From Lama guanicoe (lineage: Eukaryota), in NCBI GenBank assembly GCA_013239625.1, contig MU054391.1, positions 3,563,130 through 3,627,129 of the forward strand: a stretch of DNA of 64,000 nucleotides, given 5' to 3'. Below the pieces are notes generated by a model. The model was not told the DNA's origin, did no database searches, and saw nothing but the letters and a program-made list of their open reading frames with translations. The position numbers and the translations under genes are program-made. Of this stretch, positions 1 to 10,982 are shown piece after piece; positions within the stretch are counted from its first letter, which is position 1; each line of letters opens with the position of its first letter.

Positions 1-229
1 TCTCTCATCGCTACACTCTCCTAACCATGCAATTTTCAGGAACTCACTGGAATGTATCTCACCCAGACTAGCTGACAGGTTGGAGGAAGGTTGTAATCCT
101 GCCACCCTTCTAGGAGTCACAGCCATATTTGTTGTAAATCACCATCCAGAATATTAAGAAACACGTATTGTACAAAGCTAAAGTGCTTAGGATGGATGAG
201 AAGGTACAGTGTGTCTTCAAATATAGCAT

Positions 230-400
230 CTCAACGAGCTATTCTGATAACATTTTGATGAGCCTCCAGTATTTTCACTAAAGGATTACTGTGAGACCTG
301 TGCTAGACCAATGCACTCTCATTTATAAATGTTTTCATAAGGCTATCAGATTTGTATTAATAAGTTCATGCAAGAGTCCTTCAGAGCAGTTACAGTCATA
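230..400 (+). mobile_element. Highly diverged L3/CR1 LINE fragment (RT region), tentative
   Basis: 'cagtattttcactaaagga...ctcatttataaatgttttcataaggctatcagatttgta' loosely resembles the recalled CR1/L3 RT segment 'cagcatgggttcactaag...ctcatttccttttttgatagggttactagattggta'. Confidence 0.3.
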
Positions 401-559
401 GGAAGAACGACATGACGTCCAGAGGTTTCTACGAGGAGGAGCAACAGAAACCAGGCAGAAAACGATTCTTATGTTCGTTTATTTTTAAAAAGCAGGATGC
501 TAAGTATGTTCAAGGCGAAGTCCTTATGATTCTAAGAAAGGCTTTACATCTACAGTCTT

Positions 560-700
560 TCAACAAGTGTGTGCTGAGCATCTATCATGGACCAGAAACC
601 GGGCAAGATGAAGAAGACACCAAAAGAATAAGGTGTCCGTGTCCTCAGTGAGCTCATGATGGAGTTTGGAGACACATGGGTTATTTTAGAGCTGGATGGT
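560..700 (-). mobile_element. L2 LINE 3' fragment
   Basis: 'caacaagtgtgtgctgagcatctatcatggaccagaaacc...gtcctcagtgagctca' matches the reverse complement of the L2 3' end. Confidence 0.55.
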
Positions 701-877
701 TCCCTCTCACAGAGATCTCCATGAGGTGTGGTGGGAAAACCAAGAGGGGTGCCTACCCCAGCCTTTAATTTAGGGAAATCTCAGAATAAGAGAAACCAGA
801 GCTGACAATGGAAGTGAAAGTAAGAATTCAAGTGAAAGAGAGGAGCAGTGAGGTCAGTAACATGGACAGTGTGAATT

Positions 878-965
878 TCCTCATTTCACAGACGAGGAAG
901 TGAGACTCGGGACCCCTCCGATGACTGAGCAACGTTTCCAAGTGTCTACGGAGCTGAGTCTGCGG
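878..965 (-). mobile_element. MIR SINE fragment
   Basis: 'ctcatttcacagacgaggaagtgagactc' is the MIR core in reverse orientation. Confidence 0.55.
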
Positions 966-1759
966 GTCAGAGAGGGCTGCTGCAACTTCCAGGTGGTGCA
1001 GAAACCAGACGTGACGCTGGTCTCCAGGTAACACAGAGAGGAAACCAATCGCCATCCTCAAGCAGAGAGTCTAAGCAAGCAGAGGCTCCAACGGGTGGGG
1101 CAGAAGTATTACAGAACTACAAGAAGAAAACCTAAAGGCTCTTAGCTTTAGAAGATTTGGGAAGGACAGGAGCTCTCCTCAAATCACTGCTGACACGTTT
1201 AAGAGGTGAGACTAGTTTTACCTGCTCCTAAAGGGACACAACCATGCTGTCTGGGGACATGGTTTGTTCTCAAGAGAAGGGACACTCTGGGCGCCCAGCA
1301 GCAGACGCCGTGTAGGCAGGTGGCTTCGTGAAGAAGTGCTCGCAGGAGAAACTCGCAAGGCAGAAGGGAAGCAGGAAGGGGAAAGGAAGGAAGCCACGCG
1401 AGGGTGCAGCCTCGGGGGAGGGGTCCCTCGGGGACGTGGAAGCATCTTGCCTCGAGGTGGGCTTGCCGGCTTCCGCACCTGTTGATCTCTGGCTAAGGGT
1501 GTCTGCGAGGCCCTGAGCAGCCAGGTACTCGGGGTCTCCAAGAAGGCAGAGCAGGATGGGAACCTCAAAAGAGTTGCAGCTTTTAGGGCAAATGCACGGT
1601 ATGCAGGGGAGAGGAGCACCGAGCTGCAAGGAGGGATGGTCCCAGGGTGTTTGGGCTGAGCGCCGACAGTGGTCCCCAGATGCGAGGGGCTGCTTAGGAA
1701 AGCATCATGCTCCTCATCACAAAATGGGACCCTCACATGCAGAAGCTACTATCAGCATC

Positions 1760-1875
1760 GCCATGTACACCTGGGGAAGCTAAGGACAGAGAGCTTGAGT
1801 AACTTACCCAAGGACACACAGCTACTTATGCCAGAGCAGAGACCCAGCCAGACAGCATGACTCCAGAGCTGACCT
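1760..1875 (-). mobile_element. MIR SINE fragment
   Basis: 'ggggaagctaaggacagagagcttgagtaacttacccaaggacacacagcta...tgactccagagc' is typical reverse MIR. Confidence 0.65.
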
Positions 1876-1999
1876 CGTCAACCACCAAGCTAAGGGTCTG
1901 GACAAATCGTAAAGATCACGTAAAATAAAGAAGGTGAATCATCTAGCACAGTGTCTAGTACACTTATTTGCTTTAAAGATAAAAGCTGTTATTGGTTTT

Positions 2000-2705
2000 A
2001 AACAAGCAAGATTCTAGGCATTTCAGGAAGGCACCTCGGCATATCAGAAGTCTTGACTTTGTTCATTTATCCATCATCACTGGAGGCGCTGGAGATGGCG
2101 GTGTGCAAAGCCACATACATGATTTCTGAGAAACATACATGATTTCTGAGAAGACCGTCTCCCATTCAAATTCTGATAGATCTCGGAAGAGGAAATACTG
2201 GAAAAGTGTTAAGAAGGCTCAAGTTAATGAGCATTAGGGATTGTGATTAATTTAAAGGGTTTGGGTAAATCTGGGTGCTCTATAATCCCATGAGGAAGGA
2301 CCAGATATTTAGTCAATTGATGAATTCCTGTGACAAAGGTGAATATTAACCAAGACAAGGAGGATTTTAATCCGGTTTCCTTAACTATATAATCTAAGCT
2401 CTTCCTGCCATGGCAGGCTGACAGAGAGAAGATTCAGGCAAAACAAACAAAAGGGCTATCGTGTGGGAGGCTGGGGACTTGTCTGATGTGGCATCAGGAG
2501 AGGCTAAAAAATAGAAGAAAAACACACATTTTAAGCCAAACATTTTAACAGTAGGATGGACAGCCCATGACTGCTTTGCACTTAATGAACAGTAAAAACA
2601 ATGGATTGGATTCAGGCAAAGGCAAAAACGACCATTTGTTAGTAATGTGTTGGATGGGCTATTTGGCTGGAAGACTCTCCAGGTGACTGCGAATCCTAAA
2701 ATGGT
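2000..2705 (+). mobile_element. Highly diverged L3/CR1 LINE, 3' part
   Basis: 'aacattttaacagtaggatgg', 'ttcaggcaaaggcaaaaacgaccatttgttag' and 'ctggaagactctccaggtgactgcgaatcctaaaat' follow the order of recalled L3/CR1 3'-end motifs. Confidence 0.45.
2113..2152. repeat. Perfect 20-bp tandem duplication (ACATACATGATTTCTGAGAA x2)
   Basis: Read directly: 2113-2132 is identical to 2133-2152. Confidence 0.97.
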
Positions 2706-3179
2706 ACGTACGTTTTCATAGTCTTGAAGAGCAGCATCTTGGTCTCAGATCTTCCTGGCATTGGGCATTTTCAGATTTCAAAGGAGGGATCTGAAAAGGG
2801 ACGATGAGGAGACCAAAAGATAATTTTGGCCCGTATCTCCATTTGTCTGGAAGCTGTGTCCTCAGGTCAACCCCAGGAAAGGATGCAATTTTATTGCTGC
2901 TGGTGAGTAAGTCATGAGCCACTGGACTCGAAGCTCCTGCGTGTTATTTCTTCTGTCGGGGAGATAAACCTTGTGGTCTGCTGCCTCACCGGGTTGCTCT
3001 CCATCCACTGTTGCTCGTTCCTCCAGACCTGGTCATGGCCCATTCTGTTCTCTCTGCTTACGATGCTCTCTGGGCAGCCTTCTCTTGCTTCACTCTTGCT
3101 TTTCTTCAAACCTCAGTTCCTGGGTTGCCCTCGCCCAGGCACTCTTCCTGCCTTTCCCATCCCTATGTTGGGTTCCATA

Positions 3180-3360
3180 TTCCTCTTCGGTCTCTCTCAA
3201 CACCTGGACCCCTGCCATCAGAGTGGTGATCACACTGGATTACACCCACCTCTCTGTCTGTCTGTCTCCCCAACCAGACTGTGGCGTGTCCTTTGATCTC
3301 TGTGACTGTCTTTAGCTCACAGTGGTACCGACAGGGGCGTGTCGGTGGAGTAAATGTTGA
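3180..3360 (+). mobile_element. L2 LINE 3' fragment
   Basis: 'tgtctgtctccccaaccagactgt...gtgtcctttgatctctgt...taaatgttga' resembles the L2 3' end. Confidence 0.45.
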
Positions 3361-4397
3361 GTACTTTTTGCCCCGTTGTCAGCTCACTGCACGGCAGCCT
3401 TCAGGGCTGTGGGAATGTGTCAGCGCTGCCCAGGAGTCGCCCACTGCAGCATCCAAGTGACAAGATCCCAAGGAAAGGGAATGCCTACATGGACTGCCCT
3501 GAGAACCCACAGTAGAAGCAGCATTTGAGGATGGGATATATTCAAAACATTGCCAGTCTAATCAGGAAGCTTTAACTCAGCCACGGAACTGCCTTGGGCT
3601 GTAAGAAACCATTTGGGCGATTCTGTTCCCTACCGGCTGAGCACCGGATCCACGTCAAGCAGCGCGCTGAAATCTGCTCCAGCAGGTGTTTTCCCCCTGA
3701 CAAGGTGGCACCCTTGGTCTGGACCTCCTGCCTGGACAGCGCTGTCTCCCGGGGGCTGGCACGTGTCATTGCTCACAGGCTCCTTCCCCGTTTCTAGGAG
3801 ACACCAGTGCACAGCATTAGGCTGTTGAATTGTTTAACTTGAACGATTTCAGAAAACAGTCTTAATGGTACAGTGAGGCCCTTTCATTGTCTTGGTTCAC
3901 TAGTTATAAGTGGATTTCAATATGCATTTAATCAAAATACCCAGCTGCATTCATTTAAAAACGCAGCCCACCAACAGCATTTAAGTGGGCCTCTTACCTC
4001 CCTGCTAAGAAAATGCAGGAGAGGTTTCACTAGAATTTAATTTTATAGAAAACTAAAAGCCCCTGGCATCAGCTATTGGTGATGCAAACTTTAATTCTGT
4101 CTTTATTGTAACAAAGGCAGCTGATAAGCAAGTGTATCCACAGAGGAGAGACAGGCTGAAGGGAGAAGGGCGGGCTCAGGACTCACCCTCCAAGTCTCCG
4201 GGCACAGCAGACCCTCAAAACTGACTCCCAAAATCAGCGTCATCTCTCTCTCTTCAGAAGCAACAGGACTTGCTGGACAGAGTTTAGTCTTAGGGTCAGA
4301 TTCACAAGCTAGATGACCTTGGCAAATTATTCATCTTTTTAAGGTTTCATCATCGCCATCCTTGAAGTCTACTCAGCCGAGCCTCCTGCAGAGGGTT

Positions 4398-4530
4398 TGC
4401 TATGGGGTGAATTTTGTCCCCTGATCATTTCCTATGTTGAGATACTCTTCACATGTCTAAGGTCCCCCGTGCCGCAGAATGTGACCTTATTTGAAAAGAG
4501 GCTCATTTTTGATGTAATTGGTCCAGATGA
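4398..4530 (+). mobile_element. MaLR (MLT1-type) LTR 5' fragment
   Basis: 'tgctatggggtgaattttgtcccc...tatgttgaga...cagaatgtgaccttatttgaaaagaggctcatttttgatgtaatt' is the MLT1 start pattern. Confidence 0.65.
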
Positions 4531-4533
4531 TGT

Positions 4534-5139
4534 TGATGCAGGAAAAATGGATGTGGGGCGTGAGAAGGGCTATGCCCCAGGCTAGGGTTGAGCCCCTGGG
4601 ACGTGCCGCACCAGATGTGGGTCCTTGGCCTCATGCAGGAAAGAATCCAAGAGCAAGCCACAGTTGAGTAAAGGTAGATTTATTCTGAGAGATACATTGA
4701 AAGGCAAGAGAAAGGCCACAAGGTGCGGGGTGTGCGTGCTCAGATTAAATTAAAAGTAGGTACACGCTCTATAGACAGAATGTGGGCCTTCTCCAAAGAG
4801 GGAGAGAGAGAGGGCGGGGTGGCCGCGAGGCACCATGTTGCCAGTTTTTACAGGCTAATAAGTGGAAGGGCCAGTTCAACTAGCCTGGGGAAGGGGCCGG
4901 GATTCCCAGGAAGTCGGCCATTTCCCACTTTGACCTTTTGTGGCCAGCCTTGGGACTGCCATGGTGCCTGGGGGGCATGTCATTCACCAAGCTGCTATAT
5001 TACAAGGGGCGCACAATGAGGCTCAGATCTCCCACCATCCTGAGCCCCAGGGCCTACTGGGAGTTGAATCTTCCACCATTTTGATGTTAATTGCTGTATC
5101 AGTCTTTGAATGGCTGTGCCCTGCCCCCTTCCTGTCTCA
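4534..5139 (-). mobile_element. Solo ERV (ERV1-like) LTR, about 606 bp
   Basis: Minus strand starts TGAGACAGGAAGGGGGCAGGG and ends CCTGCATCA (TG...CA). Minus-strand AATAAA at 4679-4684. Flanks ATGT (4530-4533) and ATAT (5140-5143) fit a 4-bp TSD with one mismatch. Confidence 0.8.
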
Positions 5140-5300
5140 ATATCCCCTGAAACTAACACTGCAAAGCGACTACATTTAAGTTAAAATTTTTTTTAACTTA
5201 AAAGAGTAAAAAATAAAATGAAGATAGATGTGCCTAATATCAAGAAATTGCATAAGTAAGAAGGGTACAGAGCACACTGTCACTCAAGGAGACGGAGTAC

Positions 5301-5460
5301 AGCAGGGTGGGCAAAGAACAGCCTGCGACCCAAATCTGCCCCAGGCTTGTGCGTAGCTCCCGCTCCCGAGATGTGAAAGCTTTTTACATTTTTAAGTGGT
5401 TGGAAAAAAAACCAAAAAGGGACGGCTACCTGATGTGACATGACAGTAAATGAAGATTTT
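5301..5460. mobile_element. hAT-Charlie (MER58-like) DNA transposon fragment
   Basis: 'cagggtgggcaaa...cccaaatctgcccc...tttttacatttttaagtggttggaaaaaaaaccaaaa...tgtgacatga' matches recalled MER58B-like sequence. Confidence 0.6.
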
Positions 5461-5599
5461 GGAAACACAGCCGGGCCTGCCCCTTACCTCCATTCTAAGG
5501 CTCCGTTCGTGCTCAGGCAGTGCGCAGAGCTGTATCAGAGCCTGGGGCAGTCACCGTCTGGCCTGCTACAGAAAAGACGGGCCGGCCTCTGTGGTAGAG

Positions 5600-5845
5600 G
5601 AATTATCACAGGGGAAACAGTGGGGAGCGAAGCCAGCAGGGGCCTGAAGGTCCGTGTTTGGAATTGCAGACCGCGCTGGGCTGGGCAGTGCTGGGGAGGA
5701 GACTCCGTTGTTCCCTCGCTGGGTGGCGGGACTAGCTCTTCACACAGGCGTCACGGTTGCATCTCTATTCCTATCACTGTTAGTATGTTTACTTGTAGTT
5801 TGCAGATTTTTTTGTAGTTTCATATCATTCTTAAAAAAATGAAAA
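5600..5845 (+). mobile_element. Old L1 (L1ME-like) 3' end
   Basis: 'ctgggtggcggg...cacaggcgtcacg...tgtagtttcatatcattcttaaaaaaa' resembles an old L1M terminus with an A-rich end. Confidence 0.4.
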
Positions 5846-6476
5846 GCTCTTGTTAAAAAAGAGAAGAAAACACTCTTTTCTCATACAAAGGTTGGGGCTC
5901 TGAACTTCATATTCGTTCTGAGCCCTTTCTTAGACACCCGAGGAAGACTCTGACATCGAAAGAGACAGCTGTGTGTAACCATCTCTATGTTTTCTTAGAT
6001 GATTTGGCCACAGGTACCATGCAGCCAGAGGACCAATTTTCTTGGCAATCTATGAAAGTCACCTAAGTTCCCATAACACTTTAGGCAGTAAGATATATGA
6101 GTGGCCGCTTTAAAAATGTTTAGAATAATGTTTATAAAAGTGTCATGCCAAAAAAAAAAAACCGAGTCAGTCAACTGTGCAAATGGTCACAGGGCTCTTT
6201 GCAGATGACACGCATCTCAGTGCTCAGAGGTGCAGCTGAGTGAGAACGTCTCCCAGCAGAGACTGTGGTGACTCTCCAAACCCCTAGGTTGATCTGAGCC
6301 ATGTTGTCCCACCAAGTTAAAAATACCAGGAATGAATTTCCCTCCTAACCTGGAAAAGTATTATTAAGAAGCCATGTTTTTATTGTCAACATCATAACAA
6401 GAGACCCTTTGGACAATGGTACAAGCTGAAATCACTAGAGAGATCAAACATTTCAGGTGTGATTTCAAAAAGCCCA

Positions 6477-7087
6477 CATATACATCCAGAGGGAACTCTA
6501 ATTTGAAAAGATACACGCACCCCAGTGTTCATAGCAGCACTATTCACAACAACCAAGACATGGAAACAACCTAAGTGTCCATCAACCGATGACAGAATAA
6601 AGAAGTTGTGATGTATTTATACAGTGGAATACTACTCAGCCATAAAAAAGAATGAAATAATGCCATGTGCAGCAACATGGAGGGACTTGGAGATCATCAC
6701 TCCAAATGAAGTAAACCAGAAAGAGAAAGAAAAATGCCATATGATATCACTCACATGTGGAATCTAAAAGAAAAGAGAAGACACTAATGAACTCATCTAC
6801 AAAACAGAAACAGATACAGACATAATAAACAATCTTATGGTTACTGGGGAGTAAGGGGGTGGGAAGGGATAAATTGGGAGTTTGAGATTTGCAAATATTA
6901 ACTACTACATATAAAACAGATTAAAAATACAAGTTTCTTCTGTATAGCACAGGAAACTATATTCAATAACTGAGGTGACCTATAATGAAAAAAATGAGAA
7001 AGAGTATATGTGTGTGTATATGTATGACTGAACATTATGCTGGATACCGGAGATTGGCACAGCATTGTAAGCTGACTATACTTCAAT
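6477..7087 (+). mobile_element. 5'-truncated lineage-specific L1 (ORF2 C-terminus plus 3'UTR)
   Basis: 'gcaccccagtgttcatagcagcactattcacaacaaccaagacatggaaacaacctaagtgtccatca' is the ORF2 end; the 3'UTR ends 'gtaagctgactatacttcaat'. Confidence 0.92.
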
Positions 7088-8724
7088 GCCATGTGAAAGG
7101 CATTTAACCTTGTGAGTCAGGCTTCCCATCAATGCAAGGGAGCAGAAGGACCCCCCACAGAGCTGCAGGAGAGGCTCTGGAGGGAAGGAGCCCTTGCTCC
7201 ACCTGCATGGTCAGCATGGCTCTTCCCCAGGCTGCTGGAGAAGATGAGCTTTGCTTTCATGTCCCTTGCGGTCGGAAGCAACGAATCCAGTGCCAGGGCA
7301 TTATGGAAGCCCACCAAACGCTAGATCTGACATCTTACTGAGATCTCTTAAATTCAGCCAAAGGGGTCTTTGTTGAAATTTCAAATGCATGAATATCATA
7401 CATATTTTTTCCTCTTTCCAAGTGGGCTAATTTCCTGCCTCGGAGATTTGGAACTCAACTAAACCAAAAATGCAGAATCATTTTGAAGGAGCACAGACAA
7501 ACACACATGAATTAAGCAGGTGCTCAGCATACGTGGAAACCCGAGGACCAGACACATAGCACCCCACAGCAGCCACCTCTCAGGACTCACTCAGAGAGCC
7601 CAGAGCAGAGCAAGCTTACATTCAGTGTCAAAATCCACCTCCCAAACCTCAGTCCCTCCCTCCTATTCCTCTTGCATCCCTCAGAAGCACACTCTGCAAA
7701 GCCTGGAGGTCACGCTCTTCCTCACCAACTACTCACAGCCATTCTGCAGAAACTTCATAGAGACAGGCAGAAGGACTTGGGGCAACGAGCTCCCTTTGGA
7801 AAGCAAGATTGAAGTGTGAGTCCTCACATCACTTCATTATGTTTCTTTACCAAAATCTGGTGGTGCCTGCTTCTGATCACGCGGCACTGATCCGGCTCCT
7901 CTGGTGAGAGCCTCCTCCACTTGCTCATCCATGGCTCTAACGGACCCCAAAATTTCCCACACTCATAACCCACTCAGCACGCCCTTAATAGGAAGTACCA
8001 GGATCATCTTTATTTCTGAAAAAGAGATTATTAGAAATTAGATATTAAAGATTAAAGAAATGGTGCTATTCACTCCTCCTGGCGAGGATTTATAACCTGT
8101 GTAAGTATAATATTTCTTAGAGTGTCTTCACCCTAGTAACACATCGACAAAGCTTCTTTTAAGGGAATTGCAAGAAAAACCACTTCATGTCCATCTTCCA
8201 GGAAGGCTCCCTCTTGGACAGGCTGTCGAGAGGGTGGTCATTGTCCTTCCTCACTTACACACATCTTAAAAGGGGCCCCGTGGACGGGACAGGCTGAGAT
8301 GGGGCACAGCTGAGGAGAAGGCTGCATTCAGGGCTCTGTCTGAAGGTCACCTGGGAGTGAAAAAGGAGAGACCCTGGCTTTAGCCAAAAGAGTCAGACCT
8401 CAGAGGAGCAGAGGAAGCTGCACCCCAGCTGCCCAGGGGGAGAAGCATACCCTTGAAGACTTCTGTTAGGTGTTCAGCCTATATTGACCCCTAGCAGCCA
8501 TATTGCTTTGGAGAAGCATGCTTTGCTCATTAGAAAGGATATTGCTTTACAGGCATTGAAGCCATGACGTTATAAACATTGCATAACACCAGTTGAATGA
8601 AATAAATCATGTTACTTGAATAATGGCAGGGCATGCAGGGATTAAAGAAACAGAAAAGTAAACATGCAGGTGTCTTTCCATTCTCTTTGGAGTAATGATA
8701 ATTACTCCCTCCCGCCTTTGGGGA

Positions 8725-8935
8725 CGCAAAGCTCTGATAAGTGCCGATTTTACCACCTAGTGACTTGCACCTCTGAGCATGGCACTTCCCCTTCTTAAAC
8801 TGAGCCTCCTCATTTGCACCCAGAGATATAGCGAGCTCCTATTTAATCGTTTTTTTGAAAGATGAAATAAGAAAGAATATGGTTGTCAGACACTTCATAC
8901 AGTAGCAGGTACAGAGCAATAAATGTAGTTACTTT
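8725..8935 (+). mobile_element. MIR SINE
   Basis: 'taccacctagtgacttgcacctctgagcatggcacttcccc...gagcctcctcatttgca...agcaataaatgtagttact'. Confidence 0.55.
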
Positions 8936-8949
8936 TACTATCACCAATT

Positions 8950-9105
8950 CCTACAACAATCTTGCAAGATATTATTAAGCTTATTTTATGGCTCAGAAAA
9001 CAGCTTCAGGAGGGTTATGCATTTTTCCAAGGCAGTAGAGATAATAAATGGGGGTGCAGGATTCAGATCTAGTTCTTCTAGGAGCCCAAGCCCGCGCTCC
9101 TTCTA
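8950..9105 (-). mobile_element. MIR SINE
   Basis: 'ctacaacaatcttgcaag...ttattttatggctcagaaaacagcttcaggagggttatgcatttttccaagg...ggattcagatctag'. Confidence 0.6.
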
Positions 9106-9139
9106 GCCCAGAGGCTCTCCGACTTTAACAGGCAAATAG

Positions 9140-9275
9140 TTCCCTGTGGATCTTGTTAAGATGCAGACTCTGACTCAGGAGGACTGGGGTGCAGCCTGAG
9201 GTTCCACATGTCTAATAAGCAGCCGGGGGACGTCCACGTGGCCAGTCTACAGAGTACACTTTGAGTCGCGAGGTT
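9140..9275. mobile_element. MER5A-like hAT DNA transposon
   Basis: 'cttgttaagatgcagactctgactcaggaggactggggtgcagcctgag...tctaataagc...cactttgagt'. Confidence 0.7.
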
Positions 9276-10479
9276 CTACAACATGGCACGATCTCATCGA
9301 GTGTTTCACCATAAAGGGTGAATGGCCAGAGCAAAGCTGAGAGAGGGGTGGATAAACACTGACACTGATTTGAAAGAAGAAGAGCAAGGATAAGGAGGAG
9401 AGGGAAGAGAAGGAGAAACAGTCATGTCTCCAGAGAAGAAGAGGCCCCACCTGTCACGTCGCCGTGTCCAGACCACACGTGTCCATCCAGCAGTTTACAT
9501 GCAGCTGACCTCTCACGTGTGTGTCAGAAAACTGTACGGAAATACAAAATTCTGCCTTAGCCTTGACGAAAGAAATTTTCGCATGTTGAAGTATGGGAAG
9601 TCGTCCTGGCTTACACTTGATTTAACTTGAACTTGATGCTAAGAAGAACAGCCTGTCTTACTGTCCATCAATCACACACTGTGCACCTGCTTTAATCATT
9701 AAAGGACAGAATGCATTTAAAAATCAAAATGGAGTCACTGTTGTTCAGGCTTTCAAAATGGAGCTGGGTGGTCGTGGTGGGTGTGGTTTTAGACACATCC
9801 CCGCGTCCCTGGGAGCCCTACGAACGTTTTTGCGCTGTATCAGACTCGAAGACACCGCCAGCCATTCTCAAAACAACATCTGCTGGCAGTTGCCTGCTGC
9901 AACCCCATGGTCTCAAGGTCTCCCCTTGTGACTGTGCAGCCATTTCAGACCCCAACCAATCCTTGCTTAACAAGCACCCTTACTTCTTGCCAGCTCTGGT
10001 TACAATTCTTGACAAACAACTTACATAATTTTGTGAGTTTTGCCTTTACAACCCTCCCCATCCTGCAGTCTGGTAGAGCACAGTCCAAGCGCATCTTAAA
10101 TCTGCGTCTCCCAGGCTATAGTTCTCAGTGTGGTGCAAATAAAACTCTTTTTTTTTTTACATTTTTTTTTATTGTGTGATAGTCATTTTACAATGTTGTA
10201 TCAAATTCTAGTGTAGAGCACAATTTTTCAGTTATACATGAATCTATATATATTCATTGTCACATTTTTTTTTCTCTATGACTACCACAAGATCTTGTTT
10301 ATATTTCCCTGTGCTATACAGTATAATCTTGCTTATCTATTCTGCATTTTAAAATCCCAGTCTGTCCCTTCTCTCCCTTCTCCCCCTTCTCCCCCTTGGC
10401 AACCACAAGTTTGTATTCTATGTCTCTGAGTCTGTTTCTGTTTTGTATTTATGTTTTGTTTTTTTTTTTTTAAGATTCC

Positions 10480-10839
10480 TCATATGAGCGATCTCATATG
10501 GTATTTTTCCTTCTCTTTCTGGCTTACTTCACTTAGAATGACTTTCTCCAGGAGCATCCATGTTGCTGCAAATGGCGTTACGTTGTCGGTTTTTGTGGCT
10601 GAATAATATTCCACTGTATAAATATACCACATCTTCTTTACTCAGTCATCTGCTGATGGACATCTAGGCTGTTTCCATGTCTTGGCTATTGTAAATAGTG
10701 CTGCTATGAACACTGGGGTGCAGGTGTCATTTTGAAGTAGGGGTCCTTCTGGATATATGCCCAGGAGTGGGATTCCTGGGTCATATGGTAAGTCTATTTC
10801 TAATCTTTTGAGGAATCTCCATACTGTTTTCCACAGTGG
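10480..10839 (-). pseudogene. L1 ORF2p C-terminal remnant (about 120 codons)
   Basis: Translates PLWKTVWRFLKRLEIDLPYDPGIPLLGIYP...CTPVFIAALFTIAKTWKQPRCPSADD*VKKMWYIYTVEYYSA...EKYHMRSLI*. Confidence 0.9.
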
Positions 10840-10982
10840 CTTTCCTTGCTTCCCTCTCCCACTCTTAATGATTTAAATGTCTTCCTTTACAATTTTGTGT
10901 TTATTCTTTTTGTAATTCATGGCAGTTATCTCCTTTCCAGTTGTGAGTTTATCATTTCTGTAGCATCCTGCTGCTTTTCTAT

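Noticed and set aside
2722..2902. Exon-like segment (ttttcatag...ctg|gtgagt)
   Set aside because: Stops in the frames I checked, a weak acceptor and no supporting gene context.
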